Assembly (NCBI GenBank): GCA_903837125.1
Contig: CAILTG010000021.1
Coordinates: 11,627 to 75,626, forward strand
Reading direction: 5' to 3'
From: Candidatus Magasanikiibacteriota bacterium
GTDB taxonomy: Bacteria; Patescibacteriota; Patescibacteriia; Magasanikbacterales; UBA922
DNA length: 64,000 nt
Part shown: piece after piece, positions 17,833 through 27,381 of the stretch
How positions within the stretch are numbered: position 1 is the first letter of the stretch
How the letters are laid out: the number at the start of each line of letters is the position of its first letter
Program-made: the position numbers and the translations under genes
The notes under the pieces: model-generated
Databases searched by the model: none
What the model was told of the DNA's origin: nothing
What the model saw: the letters and a program-made list of their open reading frames with translations, nothing else

Positions 17833-18594
17833 TTAGAACTTTCGTTCTTTCCCTACCACCATCTCAATCTTTTTCTTAGCTAAGTGAATTTTTATTTTAG
17901 TTTCTTTTGACTCTTTACCATCGGCCTCTACTACAAATGGAGTACGACTAAAAACAATCATTTCTTCAAAGGGAAAAATACTCGGATCTTCATATTTCTG
18001 TCGACCAAAAATACCTCTCTTTACCACTGGCCTTAAAAAAGCCTCTAATTTTCCATCTTGTGGATGTACCACTACATCTTCTTTATCTCCCTTCCAAATA
18101 TAAGGCTGCAGATTACAAATTACCAATTCCATTTTTTTACTTTGCGATGACACTTTAAATTTTTCATCATATTCTACGGCAATGTCACTTGGTGGTATAT
18201 GCAATTGAGAGACAAAATAACGATTATTAAACCAGCCCACGTCCAATTTAACTTTACGTCGGCGTGACAAAACATTACAAGCCTCTTCACCAATAGGTAT
18301 ACCCAGTACTTCCGCAATAGTATTATCTCCACCCACAGGCAAAAAACCAAAAGTTATCCCACAGGTAGCAGCACTAGAAAGTACCTGTCCAAAAGTAGCA
18401 TCATTACCCACAATCACAATAGTAGAAGCGCCTTTTTTTATTTCATCTTCTATTACTGCTTTAGAGTTGGTAAAATTTTGCAACCGAACTATCTTACCAG
18501 CAATGCTAAAATCCGTCAACCTAGTCTCAATAGCCCTGAGTGTTGAATCAAATTTCTTATTCTTTAAAAAATTGTCGTAAAGATAAACGTACAT
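17833..18594 (-). CDS. Lipid kinase / diacylglycerol kinase catalytic-domain protein (YegS/BmrU/DAGK_cat family)
   Basis: VIVGNDATFGQV...FGFLPVGGDNTIAEVLGIP matches DAGK_cat motifs. The ORF track begins at a TTG (18600); the ATG is at 18594. Confidence 0.55.
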   Translation of the reverse strand: MYVYLYDNFLKNKKFDSTLRAIETRLTDFSIAGKIVRLQNFTNSKAVIEDEIKKGASTIVIVGNDATFGQVLSSAATCGITFGFLPVGGDNTIAEVLGIPIGEEACNVLSRRRKVKLDVGWFNNRYFVSQLHIPPSDIAVEYDEKFKVSSQSKKMELVICNLQPYIWKGDKEDVVVHPQDGKLEAFLRPVVKRGIFGRQKYEDPSIFPFEEMIVFSRTPFVVEADGKESKETKIKIHLAKKKIEMVVGKERKF

Positions 18595-18602
18595 AAACAA
18601 AC

Positions 18603-18682
18603 AAAAAAGATCAGAAGATCAGAAGATCGAAAGATCATTAAAATGCTTGATCTTATGATCTTCTGATCTTTTGATCTTTACA
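18603..18682. repeat. Palindromic array of 8-mer repeats (AAGATCAG x4, then mirror-image TGATCTTN x4) carrying 8 GATC sites; probable large terminator hairpin after the bactofilin gene.
   Basis: aagatcagaagatcagaagatcgaaagatcattaaaatgcttgatcttatgatcttctgatcttttgatcttt. The loop contains the TTAAAATGCTT motif. On the minus strand the stem is followed by a T-rich tract. Confidence 0.8.
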
Positions 18683-18685
18683 ATA

Positions 18686-19153
18686 CTATTGGAGCACTGC
18701 AACATTCTCTTCTTCTCCTTTAACTTTTAACCTACCAAATCCACCTAATTTTTCTTTCTTTTCTGGTTCAATACCTTTCATCAACACCTTGCCATAAATT
18801 AATGCTCCTGGTTCTACTGCCAAAACCTTACAATCAATATCTCCAGCTACTCGAGCGGTAGAAGTTAGTTCCAACTTATCACTAATCTTAACATCACCGC
18901 GCACTTCTCCAGAAATAACCGCTTCTCCGGCTCTAACGTTAGCAAAAATTTTAGCCCCTTTTTCCACAGTCAATCTTTTACTGGTTTTCACGCTTCCTGA
19001 AACTGTCCCCTTCACCACTATATTACCCTCTGATGAAAAATCCCCCTCCACACTTACTGAAGGGCCAACCACTGTCTCCACCTCGTCTTGCGCCTGGTGT
19101 AACTTGTCTTCGTTGTTATTTAAAGAAATGCTGGGCGATGGTTTTTGAAACAT
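18686..19153 (-). CDS. Bactofilin (polymer-forming cytoskeletal protein, DUF583)
   Basis: Repetitive beta-helical G.V.G.V pattern: VSVEGDFSSEGNIVVKGTVSGSVKTSKRLTVEKGAKIFANVRAGEAVISGEVRGDVKISDKLELTSTARVAGDIDCKVLAV. Confidence 0.75.
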   Translation of the reverse strand: MFQKPSPSISLNNNEDKLHQAQDEVETVVGPSVSVEGDFSSEGNIVVKGTVSGSVKTSKRLTVEKGAKIFANVRAGEAVISGEVRGDVKISDKLELTSTARVAGDIDCKVLAVEPGALIYGKVLMKGIEPEKKEKLGGFGRLKVKGEEENVAVLQ

Positions 19154-19216
19154 AAAATTTAATTAATTTAATACTCAATTATTTTACAACTTTTTTAAAA
19201 AAAAAGCAAATTTAAA

Positions 19217-20896
19217 TTATTTAACAACGGCTACCTCTTTATTTTCTACTTTTTCCATAGACAACAAAACCTCTGCTGACGGTTTAAGAGGAATCCAAAA
19301 CCCAAATTCACTCCCCTTTCCTAAACCAGGACTTTTGGCCCAAACCTTACCGCCATGAGTCTCAATAAATTTTTTACAAACAAACAATCCCAATCCAGTA
19401 CCCGTAACATTTATATCTTTAACATTTTCCCCGCGATAAAATTTAGTAAAAAAACTTACTTCATCTTTTTTATCAAAACCCAAACCTTTATCATTTACCT
19501 TTACTTCAACACCTTCCTCACCTTGTTCAACAGTAATCTTAATTTCACCTTTTTCTGTATATTTAATGGCATTATCCACAAAATTAAATATCACATGTCG
19601 TACTTTTTCGTCATCCATGTTAATTGATAATTTTTTAAATTCTGGCTTCCATTTTAAACTCAAACCTTTATCCTTGGCCCTAGCACTTAATTCTGTAACC
19701 ACACCTTTAATTAATTCCACCATATCATAATCATGAAAAACAAACTTGGTCCGGCCTTGTTCAATTCGACTAACATCCAAAAATTCATCAACCAATTTAA
19801 TCAATCTTTCGTTACTCATATCCATATTATCCAAAGTACCCAACAACTCTTTGCTGGCCTTGCCATAAGCGCCATCTTTAATTAATTCAATATAACCTTT
19901 CAAAATAGATAACGGCGTACGTAATTGATGTGAAGCAATTGATAAAAATTCGGTTTTTTGTTTATCCAAGTCTTGAAGACGAATATTGACGCTTTGAAGT
20001 TCTTTGTAAAGAATTTCTAATTGTTCACGTTGTTTAACCTCCATTATTACACTTTTAATTAACCAAATACCTACACTTAAAACTAAAAGAAAAAGACTGC
20101 TTCTAAATATTACAGTAACTAAATCATTAGACATGACAACTTCAAGTAAAATGGCAACAGATAAAATAAAAGCCAATAATTCAGTAGAAATTATTTTAAT
20201 GTTTAAGAAATTATGTTTAATAATGGAGTATCCAGTAAAAAACACAAAAGGAATAACAAATATTGCACCAAAAGGCACAAAGGACGAATTGTTTAAAAAA
20301 GCTGGAAAAATAAAATTAAATATGATAATCAAAACAAAGGTCATTAGTGTACCCCACAAAATTAAACGCAATGAGCCTTTTTCGGTATTTTTTGAATACC
20401 AAATTTTCTTTAACAAAGAAAAAAGAGCAAACATTACCAAACCAACACTAAAAATTCCGAAAATTCCTATCAAAGGTCCGTTTTCTATATTAACGATACG
20501 CCCTTCAGCACTCACTTTGGAGACATGGCTGAAGACCATTGGAGTAAGAGTTAACAAAGAGACTAAAGCAGTACATGGCAAAAGGCCAAATTTATACCAT
20601 TTTTTATACAAAAATGTAGTCTCTGGAAAAACATAAAATAATTGAAAAATAAAAAAAGCCTGCCAAACAGCTGAAAACATTACTAGTCGCACTATCCAAA
20701 ATGCCCAAAACAAAGAGATACTCTGACCATTTAAATAGTTGACTATCCCCCAGAATGAAGTTACTAATGAAAAAAATAAAAATGTATAACTAGTTGAACT
20801 TTTACGATTACTAAAATAAATAACACAAGCCAATATTATTATTGATGAAATTACCAAACCGACAATAAATAAATTAAGATTTATAAGTGTATTCAT
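19217..20896 (-). CDS. Membrane sensor histidine kinase (multi-TM N-terminal sensor domain)
   Basis: About 7 predicted TM helices. H-box SIASHQLRTPLSIL. HATPase NAIKYT ... GTGLGLFVCKKFIETHGGKVW. Confidence 0.85.
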   Translation of the reverse strand: MNTLINLNLFIVGLVISSIIILACVIYFSNRKSSTSYTFLFFSLVTSFWGIVNYLNGQSISLFWAFWIVRLVMFSAVWQAFFIFQLFYVFPETTFLYKKWYKFGLLPCTALVSLLTLTPMVFSHVSKVSAEGRIVNIENGPLIGIFGIFSVGLVMFALFSLLKKIWYSKNTEKGSLRLILWGTLMTFVLIIIFNFIFPAFLNNSSFVPFGAIFVIPFVFFTGYSIIKHNFLNIKIISTELLAFILSVAILLEVVMSNDLVTVIFRSSLFLLVLSVGIWLIKSVIMEVKQREQLEILYKELQSVNIRLQDLDKQKTEFLSIASHQLRTPLSILKGYIELIKDGAYGKASKELLGTLDNMDMSNERLIKLVDEFLDVSRIEQGRTKFVFHDYDMVELIKGVVTELSARAKDKGLSLKWKPEFKKLSINMDDEKVRHVIFNFVDNAIKYTEKGEIKITVEQGEEGVEVKVNDKGLGFDKKDEVSFFTKFYRGENVKDINVTGTGLGLFVCKKFIETHGGKVWAKSPGLGKGSEFGFWIPLKPSAEVLLSMEKVENKEVAVVK

Positions 20897-20925
20897 GTTA
20901 TTATTATAACACGTTTTATAAAAAA

Positions 20926-21978
20926 TTACTCAAAAATTATTTTTGGTTCCATTTTTGAAGACCTGTCACTTGGTTCTCCACCATAACCAACACGAAAAAG
21001 TAGAGGTATTATTTTATCCTTAGCATTATAAAACTTACAAATAGTGCTATAAGCCATTTTAACTTCTTCAACCTGTTTGACCGTAAAACCTTCTGTTTCT
21101 CCACCCATAATTCTTTGCATAAAAAATAACGCCCCAGTTACTGGATGAAGACTTAAACCCATTTTTGTCGCCTTTAACCAAATTCTCTCAAATAAACGTC
21201 CAGCTTTTACAAAACTCTGAATTGAATTATCATCAATCAAAATTGCTCCAATTACCGCAGATTTAACATAAACCTTTGCATTCTCGTTGGCCACAATTTT
21301 ATGAAAACCCAAATAACTAAAAAATTTCATCACCGGCCAGTGACTAAAAGCCTTAAAAATCGCCGTAACCACAGGGTTCATTTCTAAAGTTTTTACATAC
21401 AAGCCGGTCTTTTTCTCCAATTCTTCCCGTTTGCTCCAAACAGTATGATGAAAAAATATGTTATGCAATTTCTTTACAGTCAAAACTATTTTTTCATTTA
21501 TCCCAGACACTCTAACAATAACACGTTTTTCCTTTTCATCTTCAATTAATTTTAACTCTCCAAAACCAATCTCTTTAACTGCCGACAATAATTCCTCTTT
21601 TTGTTTCCCAGTCAACATTTTATCCTCATAAGGTTTTCGATTAGTACATCTAAGACTAACAAAATCATTAAGTTCATCAATTTCTATGTCTTTTTTAATC
21701 AAATCCAACACAGCCACCAAATTTCTATCGTGCTCGTCAGGAAATAAACTTACATTGGTTTCATAACCATAGCTTGTAGCCACAATTTTAATATTCTCGA
21801 TAATACAACCATGTGCAATATAAGAACCTTTCTGTTCATAATTATAAAAAGGAATATCTCTTTCCGCTAAATTATAAACATAAATTTTATTTTCTCTAAC
21901 CTTAAATTGCCACGGCTGTGAATTATCTCCGGAAGGAGCATTAACAGAAGCTTTAATAATTTCTCCAAAAATATTCAT
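20926..21978 (-). CDS. Two-domain nitroreductase-superfamily protein (SagB/ThcOx-type dehydrogenase-like)
   Basis: N-terminal SAPSGDNSQPW motif typical of nitroreductase / SagB-type FMN oxidoreductases. ~350 aa, consistent with a tandem nitroreductase fold. Confidence 0.55.
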   Translation of the reverse strand: MNIFGEIIKASVNAPSGDNSQPWQFKVRENKIYVYNLAERDIPFYNYEQKGSYIAHGCIIENIKIVATSYGYETNVSLFPDEHDRNLVAVLDLIKKDIEIDELNDFVSLRCTNRKPYEDKMLTGKQKEELLSAVKEIGFGELKLIEDEKEKRVIVRVSGINEKIVLTVKKLHNIFFHHTVWSKREELEKKTGLYVKTLEMNPVVTAIFKAFSHWPVMKFFSYLGFHKIVANENAKVYVKSAVIGAILIDDNSIQSFVKAGRLFERIWLKATKMGLSLHPVTGALFFMQRIMGGETEGFTVKQVEEVKMAYSTICKFYNAKDKIIPLLFRVGYGGEPSDRSSKMEPKIIFE

Positions 21979-21988
21979 ATATTTAAGA

Positions 21989-23143
21989 TTATTTTTTACT
22001 CATGATTTTTATAAATTTTATCGTTTCTTTTAAACGATAAACCTTTTGGCTAAATCTTTTATAATCACTTTCAAATATTTTATCCAAATTAATCTGATAA
22101 CGTCCGGATTTTATTTTTTTTCCATCAACCAAAATTTTTCTGATTAAATAAGCTAGAGCCGTACCACATAAATTTGCCGCCGTACCCAATTGCGGCCAAG
22201 AATACAAAGACTTCCCTACTTCCACTACCGATTGTTGCATTCGTGAGGTAGCCAAAGTTGCCCCCGCAATCTTGGCTGCCACTCTCGGCAGATCTTTAGG
22301 ATCTAAATTTTTGAATTGATCAAGAGAAATATCCCCAGCCAAACCATTAAAAATCTTCTGTTTTTTGTTTGAATCATATCTTTCAATATCCACAAAAATA
22401 TTATCACCATTATCAGTAGCCATTAAGACCGGAATTCTTGCTTCTTGAGCTAAAAATCTAGACTTAAATTTAAAATAAGGATTATCCATTTCTTCAATCA
22501 AAATATCTAATTTCGAATTCAAAATAACTTCATCAATATTTTCCTCAGTCAATCCCTGTAGATAAATTTTAATATTAGCGTAAGGATTAATTTCAAAAAT
22601 TTTTCTGGCTACCGCAACTGTTTTGGGTAAACCTAAATCATTTACACCTATTCTAATACGATTTAAATTAGAACCAGAAATCGAATCAGGATCCACTAAT
22701 ACAAAATTTTTAGCTCCACCAGTCATGGCAATGGTTAAAGCCGCATGACTGCCAACACTCAGACCCAAGACACCAACAGTAGCAGAATAATACTTTTCCT
22801 GTTCTTCTTGGGTAATCAAAAAATGATTGCGACCGGTACGCATTTCAAAATGTAAATTTTCCGGCAAAACATGAACCAAAGTATTTATCCATGGGAAAAA
22901 AAACCAATTTCCCCACTCATCAAACTCCTTACCCTCACGCATTTTATTTACAAACAATTTCTGTTCTTCTTGAAAATTCTTATTAAATCTATATTTTGGA
23001 TTACGCAATAAAAAAATTTCTTCCAGTTGTTCTCTACAAGTATCCACTATCACCAATTCCTTTCTGACGGAAATAAAAGAAGACAGCTGGCTAAAACTCA
23101 ACCAGTTAGGCTGCCACGATTGGCGATCAACTTTTTCTTGCAT
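21989..23143 (-). CDS. ThiF/HesA/MoeB-family E1-like adenylyltransferase with an ~110-aa N-terminal extension
   Basis: Rossmann segment ATVGVLGLSVGSHAALTIAMTGGAKNFVLVDPDSISGSNLNRI, characteristic of E1-like ThiF-family enzymes. Confidence 0.55.
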   Translation of the reverse strand: MQEKVDRQSWQPNWLSFSQLSSFISVRKELVIVDTCREQLEEIFLLRNPKYRFNKNFQEEQKLFVNKMREGKEFDEWGNWFFFPWINTLVHVLPENLHFEMRTGRNHFLITQEEQEKYYSATVGVLGLSVGSHAALTIAMTGGAKNFVLVDPDSISGSNLNRIRIGVNDLGLPKTVAVARKIFEINPYANIKIYLQGLTEENIDEVILNSKLDILIEEMDNPYFKFKSRFLAQEARIPVLMATDNGDNIFVDIERYDSNKKQKIFNGLAGDISLDQFKNLDPKDLPRVAAKIAGATLATSRMQQSVVEVGKSLYSWPQLGTAANLCGTALAYLIRKILVDGKKIKSGRYQINLDKIFESDYKRFSQKVYRLKETIKFIKIMSKK

Positions 23144-23147
23144 ATAT

Positions 23148-24659
23148 CTATTTTTTTACCCATTTCTGTTTTATACCCGACCTAAAATGAGTTAAATCCT
23201 CATAGGGCCAAAATACTATTTTAGGAAATACTTTATGTCCTTTATCCTCATAAGTGCGCCGATATTCAGAATTTTCTTTTAACAACCTATCAAAAACAAT
23301 TTCACCAACCAATTTATGTAAATCACTAGTCTCACTAACCCCAGATTTTAATTCAACATTAATTTCTAAACATTGGTTTAATTTATCATCATCTATTACC
23401 AACATAGTAAACTTACCAGTAATTTTGTCTTCTAAAACATCCTCTTGCAAAGCTCTTCTGACAGTTTCCGGGTAAATATTGAAAGCATAAAAACTAACCG
23501 AAAAATCTGATCTTTCAAACACATAAACAAAAGGTAAATTCCAAACAGTAGAATTTAATTTGGCTTTGCCAATTTCTTGTTCTAATTTTATACCAGAGGC
23601 TAAAAATTTATCCTTAATTTGAGAAAAAGTATACATTCCACCATGATCGTGTAAATCATAGCGAACCAAAGGCAACCCACTATAAGCTGAACATAACAAA
23701 TTCCCTTCTTCATTTTCAAAATAGAACATTTCTGGAAGAAACTGCGTAAGTGTGGGTGTCTTAGTTATATCGCCAAAAATATCCTTATACAATGGCTCCT
23801 TAGCCAACGCCATTCTGCGAATAAGTATTGAAGCTGGCGTTTCATGAGACATAGTTCCTAAATCTACGGTGCCATAATGATTCAGAGTAGTAGTGTAGGG
23901 ATTTTTTAATCCAGTCTTTTTAATTACATAATCGCGAAAATTTTCACTAAAAGCTTCAGCTGAAAATATAAAACCCAAATTATATTTTTTCCAATCCAAA
24001 CCCTGTCTGATTCCATCATCTAATGTATCCTTTAAAAAAGGAGCATAGGAACCAATAATAATCTGATCAAATTTATCTCCAAATTTTTTTACCGCTTTTA
24101 TAATTTCATTTTTATCAATGCTCGTAGTGATAATACTCAAAGGATATTTACCTTCCTCTGCTATGAGCCTAATAGCACTAAAAGTAAAAACCCCCCCAAT
24201 CCACGGACCCATTGGAAAAGCGTCTATATAAAGAGTAGACTTTTTATGAATTTGAAAATTTGTTCTTAAATACATCTCCGCAGTTCTAGCATACTGAAGA
24301 TCTTGTTCCTCTTCTCTAGGAAAATAAAAAGGCTCACCGGTAGAACCTGAAGTTGATGAAATAGTCCAACGCTTATCTTTTAAATTACCATCCCAACACA
24401 ATTTTTCTAAATCATAAATTTTTAAATAATTATGTTTATCAATTTTTGGAAGAAATTTAAAATCTTCTATAGTTTTTATTTTAGCAACAGAAATTTTATT
24501 CTTTTTTAAAAAATCTTTATAAGCAGGCACTCTCTCGGCCATGGAATAAAAAAGACCTAAAGCCATTTTTTGACCTCTTTTTATCCAAAAATCTTCATCT
24601 TCTTTCTTTAATTTTTTCAACAACAATACTGGATCAGTAAAAATTTTAGACAAATACAT
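23148..24659 (-). CDS. Adenylate-forming enzyme of the PaaK / coenzyme F390 synthetase / CapK family
   Basis: Motif TISSTSGSTGEPFYFP (a P-loop-like AMP-binding motif variant of the PaaK family). ~500 aa. Confidence 0.65.
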   Translation of the reverse strand: MYLSKIFTDPVLLLKKLKKEDEDFWIKRGQKMALGLFYSMAERVPAYKDFLKKNKISVAKIKTIEDFKFLPKIDKHNYLKIYDLEKLCWDGNLKDKRWTISSTSGSTGEPFYFPREEEQDLQYARTAEMYLRTNFQIHKKSTLYIDAFPMGPWIGGVFTFSAIRLIAEEGKYPLSIITTSIDKNEIIKAVKKFGDKFDQIIIGSYAPFLKDTLDDGIRQGLDWKKYNLGFIFSAEAFSENFRDYVIKKTGLKNPYTTTLNHYGTVDLGTMSHETPASILIRRMALAKEPLYKDIFGDITKTPTLTQFLPEMFYFENEEGNLLCSAYSGLPLVRYDLHDHGGMYTFSQIKDKFLASGIKLEQEIGKAKLNSTVWNLPFVYVFERSDFSVSFYAFNIYPETVRRALQEDVLEDKITGKFTMLVIDDDKLNQCLEINVELKSGVSETSDLHKLVGEIVFDRLLKENSEYRRTYEDKGHKVFPKIVFWPYEDLTHFRSGIKQKWVKK

Positions 24660-24665
24660 AATTCA

Positions 24666-25736
24666 TTATAAATACGAAGAGATAATATTTTCTGCTATTT
24701 CATCGGCTAAAATGTTGGGGGCTTTATTTTTTTCCTTTGATTCAGTAAAAATCATATCCAAACTGGCAGCAATATTATCAATTTTTTTAATAATTCTACT
24801 TTTGTCATGCTCCTCATTCTCATATTGGTCCACCACGCTCATAATACCCGCCCCATTAATAATAAAATCCGGTGCGTAAAGTATGCCTCTTTTATGTAAT
24901 AATTCACCCGTTTTTGGCTCATCAAGTTGATTATTAGCTGAACCGGCAATAATTTTACACTTTAATTGTGGCACCTTGCCACTGGTAATAGCATGGCTTA
25001 AAGCGCAAGGACAATACACGTCAACATCTTGTAAATATATTTTTAAAGGACTAATAATTTGTACTTTAGGAAACCTTAATTTTGCTAACCATGCTCTATG
25101 AGCATTAATATCTGTAACATAGATTTTGTCAGCTTTTTCCTTCATTAAAAATTTAAGCAACGGCCACCCAGTCTTACCCAAACCCTGAATCGCAAAACTG
25201 TGGCCAGCAATGTCTGTACTACCATAAATATGTTTTAAAGCCACTTTTATGCCTGCCAAAACCCCTATAGCCGTAAAATAACCTGAGTCTACTCCTGTAC
25301 CAATCATAAAAGAACTTTCAGAGTGCATAATATCCAAGTCCTTATTAGTTACACCTACGTCAGTGCCAGTCACAAACGCACCCATCAATTCATTTACCTT
25401 TTGAGCATAAACCTTAAATAACTGCTTGCGATTTGCCTGAGCCGTAGAATTATCAATTAAAGCAGCCTTTGCACCAGTATATGGCAGACCGGCTAAAGCT
25501 GACTTATAAGACATTAAACGTGAAAGACGCAAAGCATCACGCAAAGCCTCATGTTCATTTTGGTAATTCCAAATTCTGGTGGCACCCAAAGCAGGAAATT
25601 GCTTACGATTACGATGTATAGCTATATAGCCTTTTAAACCCACACTTTCATCTTCAACTTTAACCACTTTGTAGTGATTGTCATATTCTGGAAACATTTC
25701 TAAATCCTCCTTGGATAAGATTTTAGTTTCACTCAT
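24666..25736 (-). CDS. Amino-acid dehydrogenase of the Glu/Leu/Phe/Val dehydrogenase family (Leu/Val/Phe-DH-like)
   Basis: …LPYTGAKAAL… catalytic-lysine region and …AIQGLGKTGWPLL… NAD-binding GxGxxG. 356 aa. Confidence 0.7.
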   Translation of the reverse strand: MSETKILSKEDLEMFPEYDNHYKVVKVEDESVGLKGYIAIHRNRKQFPALGATRIWNYQNEHEALRDALRLSRLMSYKSALAGLPYTGAKAALIDNSTAQANRKQLFKVYAQKVNELMGAFVTGTDVGVTNKDLDIMHSESSFMIGTGVDSGYFTAIGVLAGIKVALKHIYGSTDIAGHSFAIQGLGKTGWPLLKFLMKEKADKIYVTDINAHRAWLAKLRFPKVQIISPLKIYLQDVDVYCPCALSHAITSGKVPQLKCKIIAGSANNQLDEPKTGELLHKRGILYAPDFIINGAGIMSVVDQYENEEHDKSRIIKKIDNIAASLDMIFTESKEKNKAPNILADEIAENIISSYL

Positions 25737-26830
25737 ACATTTTTGATATCAAGTGTTCCCACTACATCATTGATATTATTATACCCATCCTTATTTAAAA
25801 GCTTAATTAATTCTTTATTTATTTTTTTTATAACCAAGGGCCCGCCATAAATCCACCCAGTAATCAGTTGTACGGCTGTGGCTCCAGCCTTTATCTTAGC
25901 ATAAGCATCGTCAGCCGTAAATATTCCACCAACTCCGATTATTTTTAATTTTCCTGCTGAACGCTGGTAAACATAACTGATTATCTCGTTACTCTTATCT
26001 TTTAAGAGAGCGCCAGATATACCACCAGAATGAGTTAGTTCCTCTGGATTGGATTTAAATTTAACTCCACTCCGATCTTTAATAAGATTAGAGATTACTA
26101 AACCAGTAATTTTATTGGCCAAACAAGTTTCAATAACTTCGTCTAATTCCTGATGACTGAAATGCGGACCAATTTTAAAATATATATCTTTTTTTATATT
26201 TTCCAAATCCATCTTCTGTCTCACGGCTTCAGCTAATTCTTTAATAAAAGAAACTTGAGCAAACTGCTCACAACTAGCTACATTCGGACAACTCACATTT
26301 AAAGTCACATAATCTGCAAATTGTTGCAGTGCTAAAAAGGTTTTAAGATAATCTTCAGTCATTTTTGCTAATTCTAAGCTTGTGGTAGGAGCAATACTAA
26401 TTCCCAAAGGTACAGCATGTTTTAAGCCAGCTAATTCTTGAATAGTTTTTTCTGCTCCAGCATTGCTTAAACCATAATTTACGATTAAACCATTATCTTT
26501 TGGTATGCGCCATAAACGCGGCTTAGGATTGCCTGATTGTTCCTCATAAGTAATAGAACCTAATTCAGCAAAGCCAAAACCAATCATGGAATAAGCCAAA
26601 GGCGCGTCTATATATTTATCAAAACCAGCGGCCAAGCCAATAGGATTTTCTAATTTCCAACTTCCTAAATGCACTTTTAATTTTTCACTGCCTAATTTAA
26701 AAAACTTTGACAATAACCAATTAAAAATTTTAATTCTGCTTACCAAACCCAAACCTTTAGCCACTATTACATGAATTTTTTCTGGATCAATCTTAAAAAA
26801 TAAAGGGCGTATTATATATTTATAAAACAT
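25733..26830 (-). CDS. pyrD: Dihydroorotate dehydrogenase, class 2 (quinone-dependent, membrane-associated)
   Basis: NPIGLAAGFDKYIDAPLAYSMIGFGFAELGSITYEEQSGNPKPRLWRIP....IVNYGLSNAG aligns closely with E. coli PyrD, including the class-2 N-terminal extension. Confidence 0.85.
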   Translation of the reverse strand: MFYKYIIRPLFFKIDPEKIHVIVAKGLGLVSRIKIFNWLLSKFFKLGSEKLKVHLGSWKLENPIGLAAGFDKYIDAPLAYSMIGFGFAELGSITYEEQSGNPKPRLWRIPKDNGLIVNYGLSNAGAEKTIQELAGLKHAVPLGISIAPTTSLELAKMTEDYLKTFLALQQFADYVTLNVSCPNVASCEQFAQVSFIKELAEAVRQKMDLENIKKDIYFKIGPHFSHQELDEVIETCLANKITGLVISNLIKDRSGVKFKSNPEELTHSGGISGALLKDKSNEIISYVYQRSAGKLKIIGVGGIFTADDAYAKIKAGATAVQLITGWIYGGPLVIKKINKELIKLLNKDGYNNINDVVGTLDIKNV

Positions 26831-26833
26831 ACT

Positions 26834-27328
26834 TTAAAAATCAGCCACATGGTATTCATGCATTAGATAAATATCGGAAATTAACATAATAATTGAAAGC
26901 AATAAAGAACCAAGACAATAACTACAAAGAAAACCAATCAAAGCTATCTGTACATAAAGTAACCATAAAGAAAACAAAACTGCCACAGTGGCTAAGACTA
27001 GAAGCAGAACCAAAACTTCTGCTAAATTTTTTTTATACAAAAGATAAGAAAATATTAAAGACAAACATAAATAATAAACCAACCCCAAAACCGCCACTGG
27101 TACATGCCAAATTGCGGCATACTGGCTACTGCCAACTTTTCCGCAATTTATGATTCCGCCATGCAAGGGACAAACATCACTGGGATGATAGTATTCATAG
27201 GTGAGAAAACTGGCATCAAACATTCCTAAAATTCCAATTAACAAACCAAGCACTAAAAACCACTTTGGCAAAGTTTTTTTCCAATGTTTTTCTTTAATAT
27301 AATTTACCAATTTGGTATATATGGCCAT
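26834..27328 (-). CDS. Vitamin K epoxide reductase (VKOR)-family membrane protein
   Basis: Loop CPLHGGIINCGKVGSSQYA (Cys pair plus S.Y) and a TM CxxC (LCSYCLG). 4-5 TM helices. The ATG is at 27328; the ORF track uses an upstream TTG. Confidence 0.5.
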   Translation of the reverse strand: MAIYTKLVNYIKEKHWKKTLPKWFLVLGLLIGILGMFDASFLTYEYYHPSDVCPLHGGIINCGKVGSSQYAAIWHVPVAVLGLVYYLCLSLIFSYLLYKKNLAEVLVLLLVLATVAVLFSLWLLYVQIALIGFLCSYCLGSLLLSIIMLISDIYLMHEYHVADF

Positions 27329-27337
27329 AATCAATAA

Positions 27338-27372
27338 TCGTTAATTTATTATTAGTGCGTATTAGTGCGTAA
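27338..27372. repeat. Short direct repeats ATTAGTGCGT x2 plus ATTAGTGG, intergenic
   Basis: attattagtgcgtattagtgcgtaaattagtgg. The same ATTAGTG unit recurs inside the rnpB insertion (14538-14570). Confidence 0.8.
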
Positions 27373-27381
27373 ATTAGTGGT

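Noticed and set aside
20926-24659. Canonical TOMM/LAP (azole-forming RiPP) cluster
   Set aside because: No YcaO cyclodehydratase and no precursor peptide ORF were found in the window. The E1-like and SagB-like assignments rest on short motifs only, so this is reported as a hypothesis rather than a feature.
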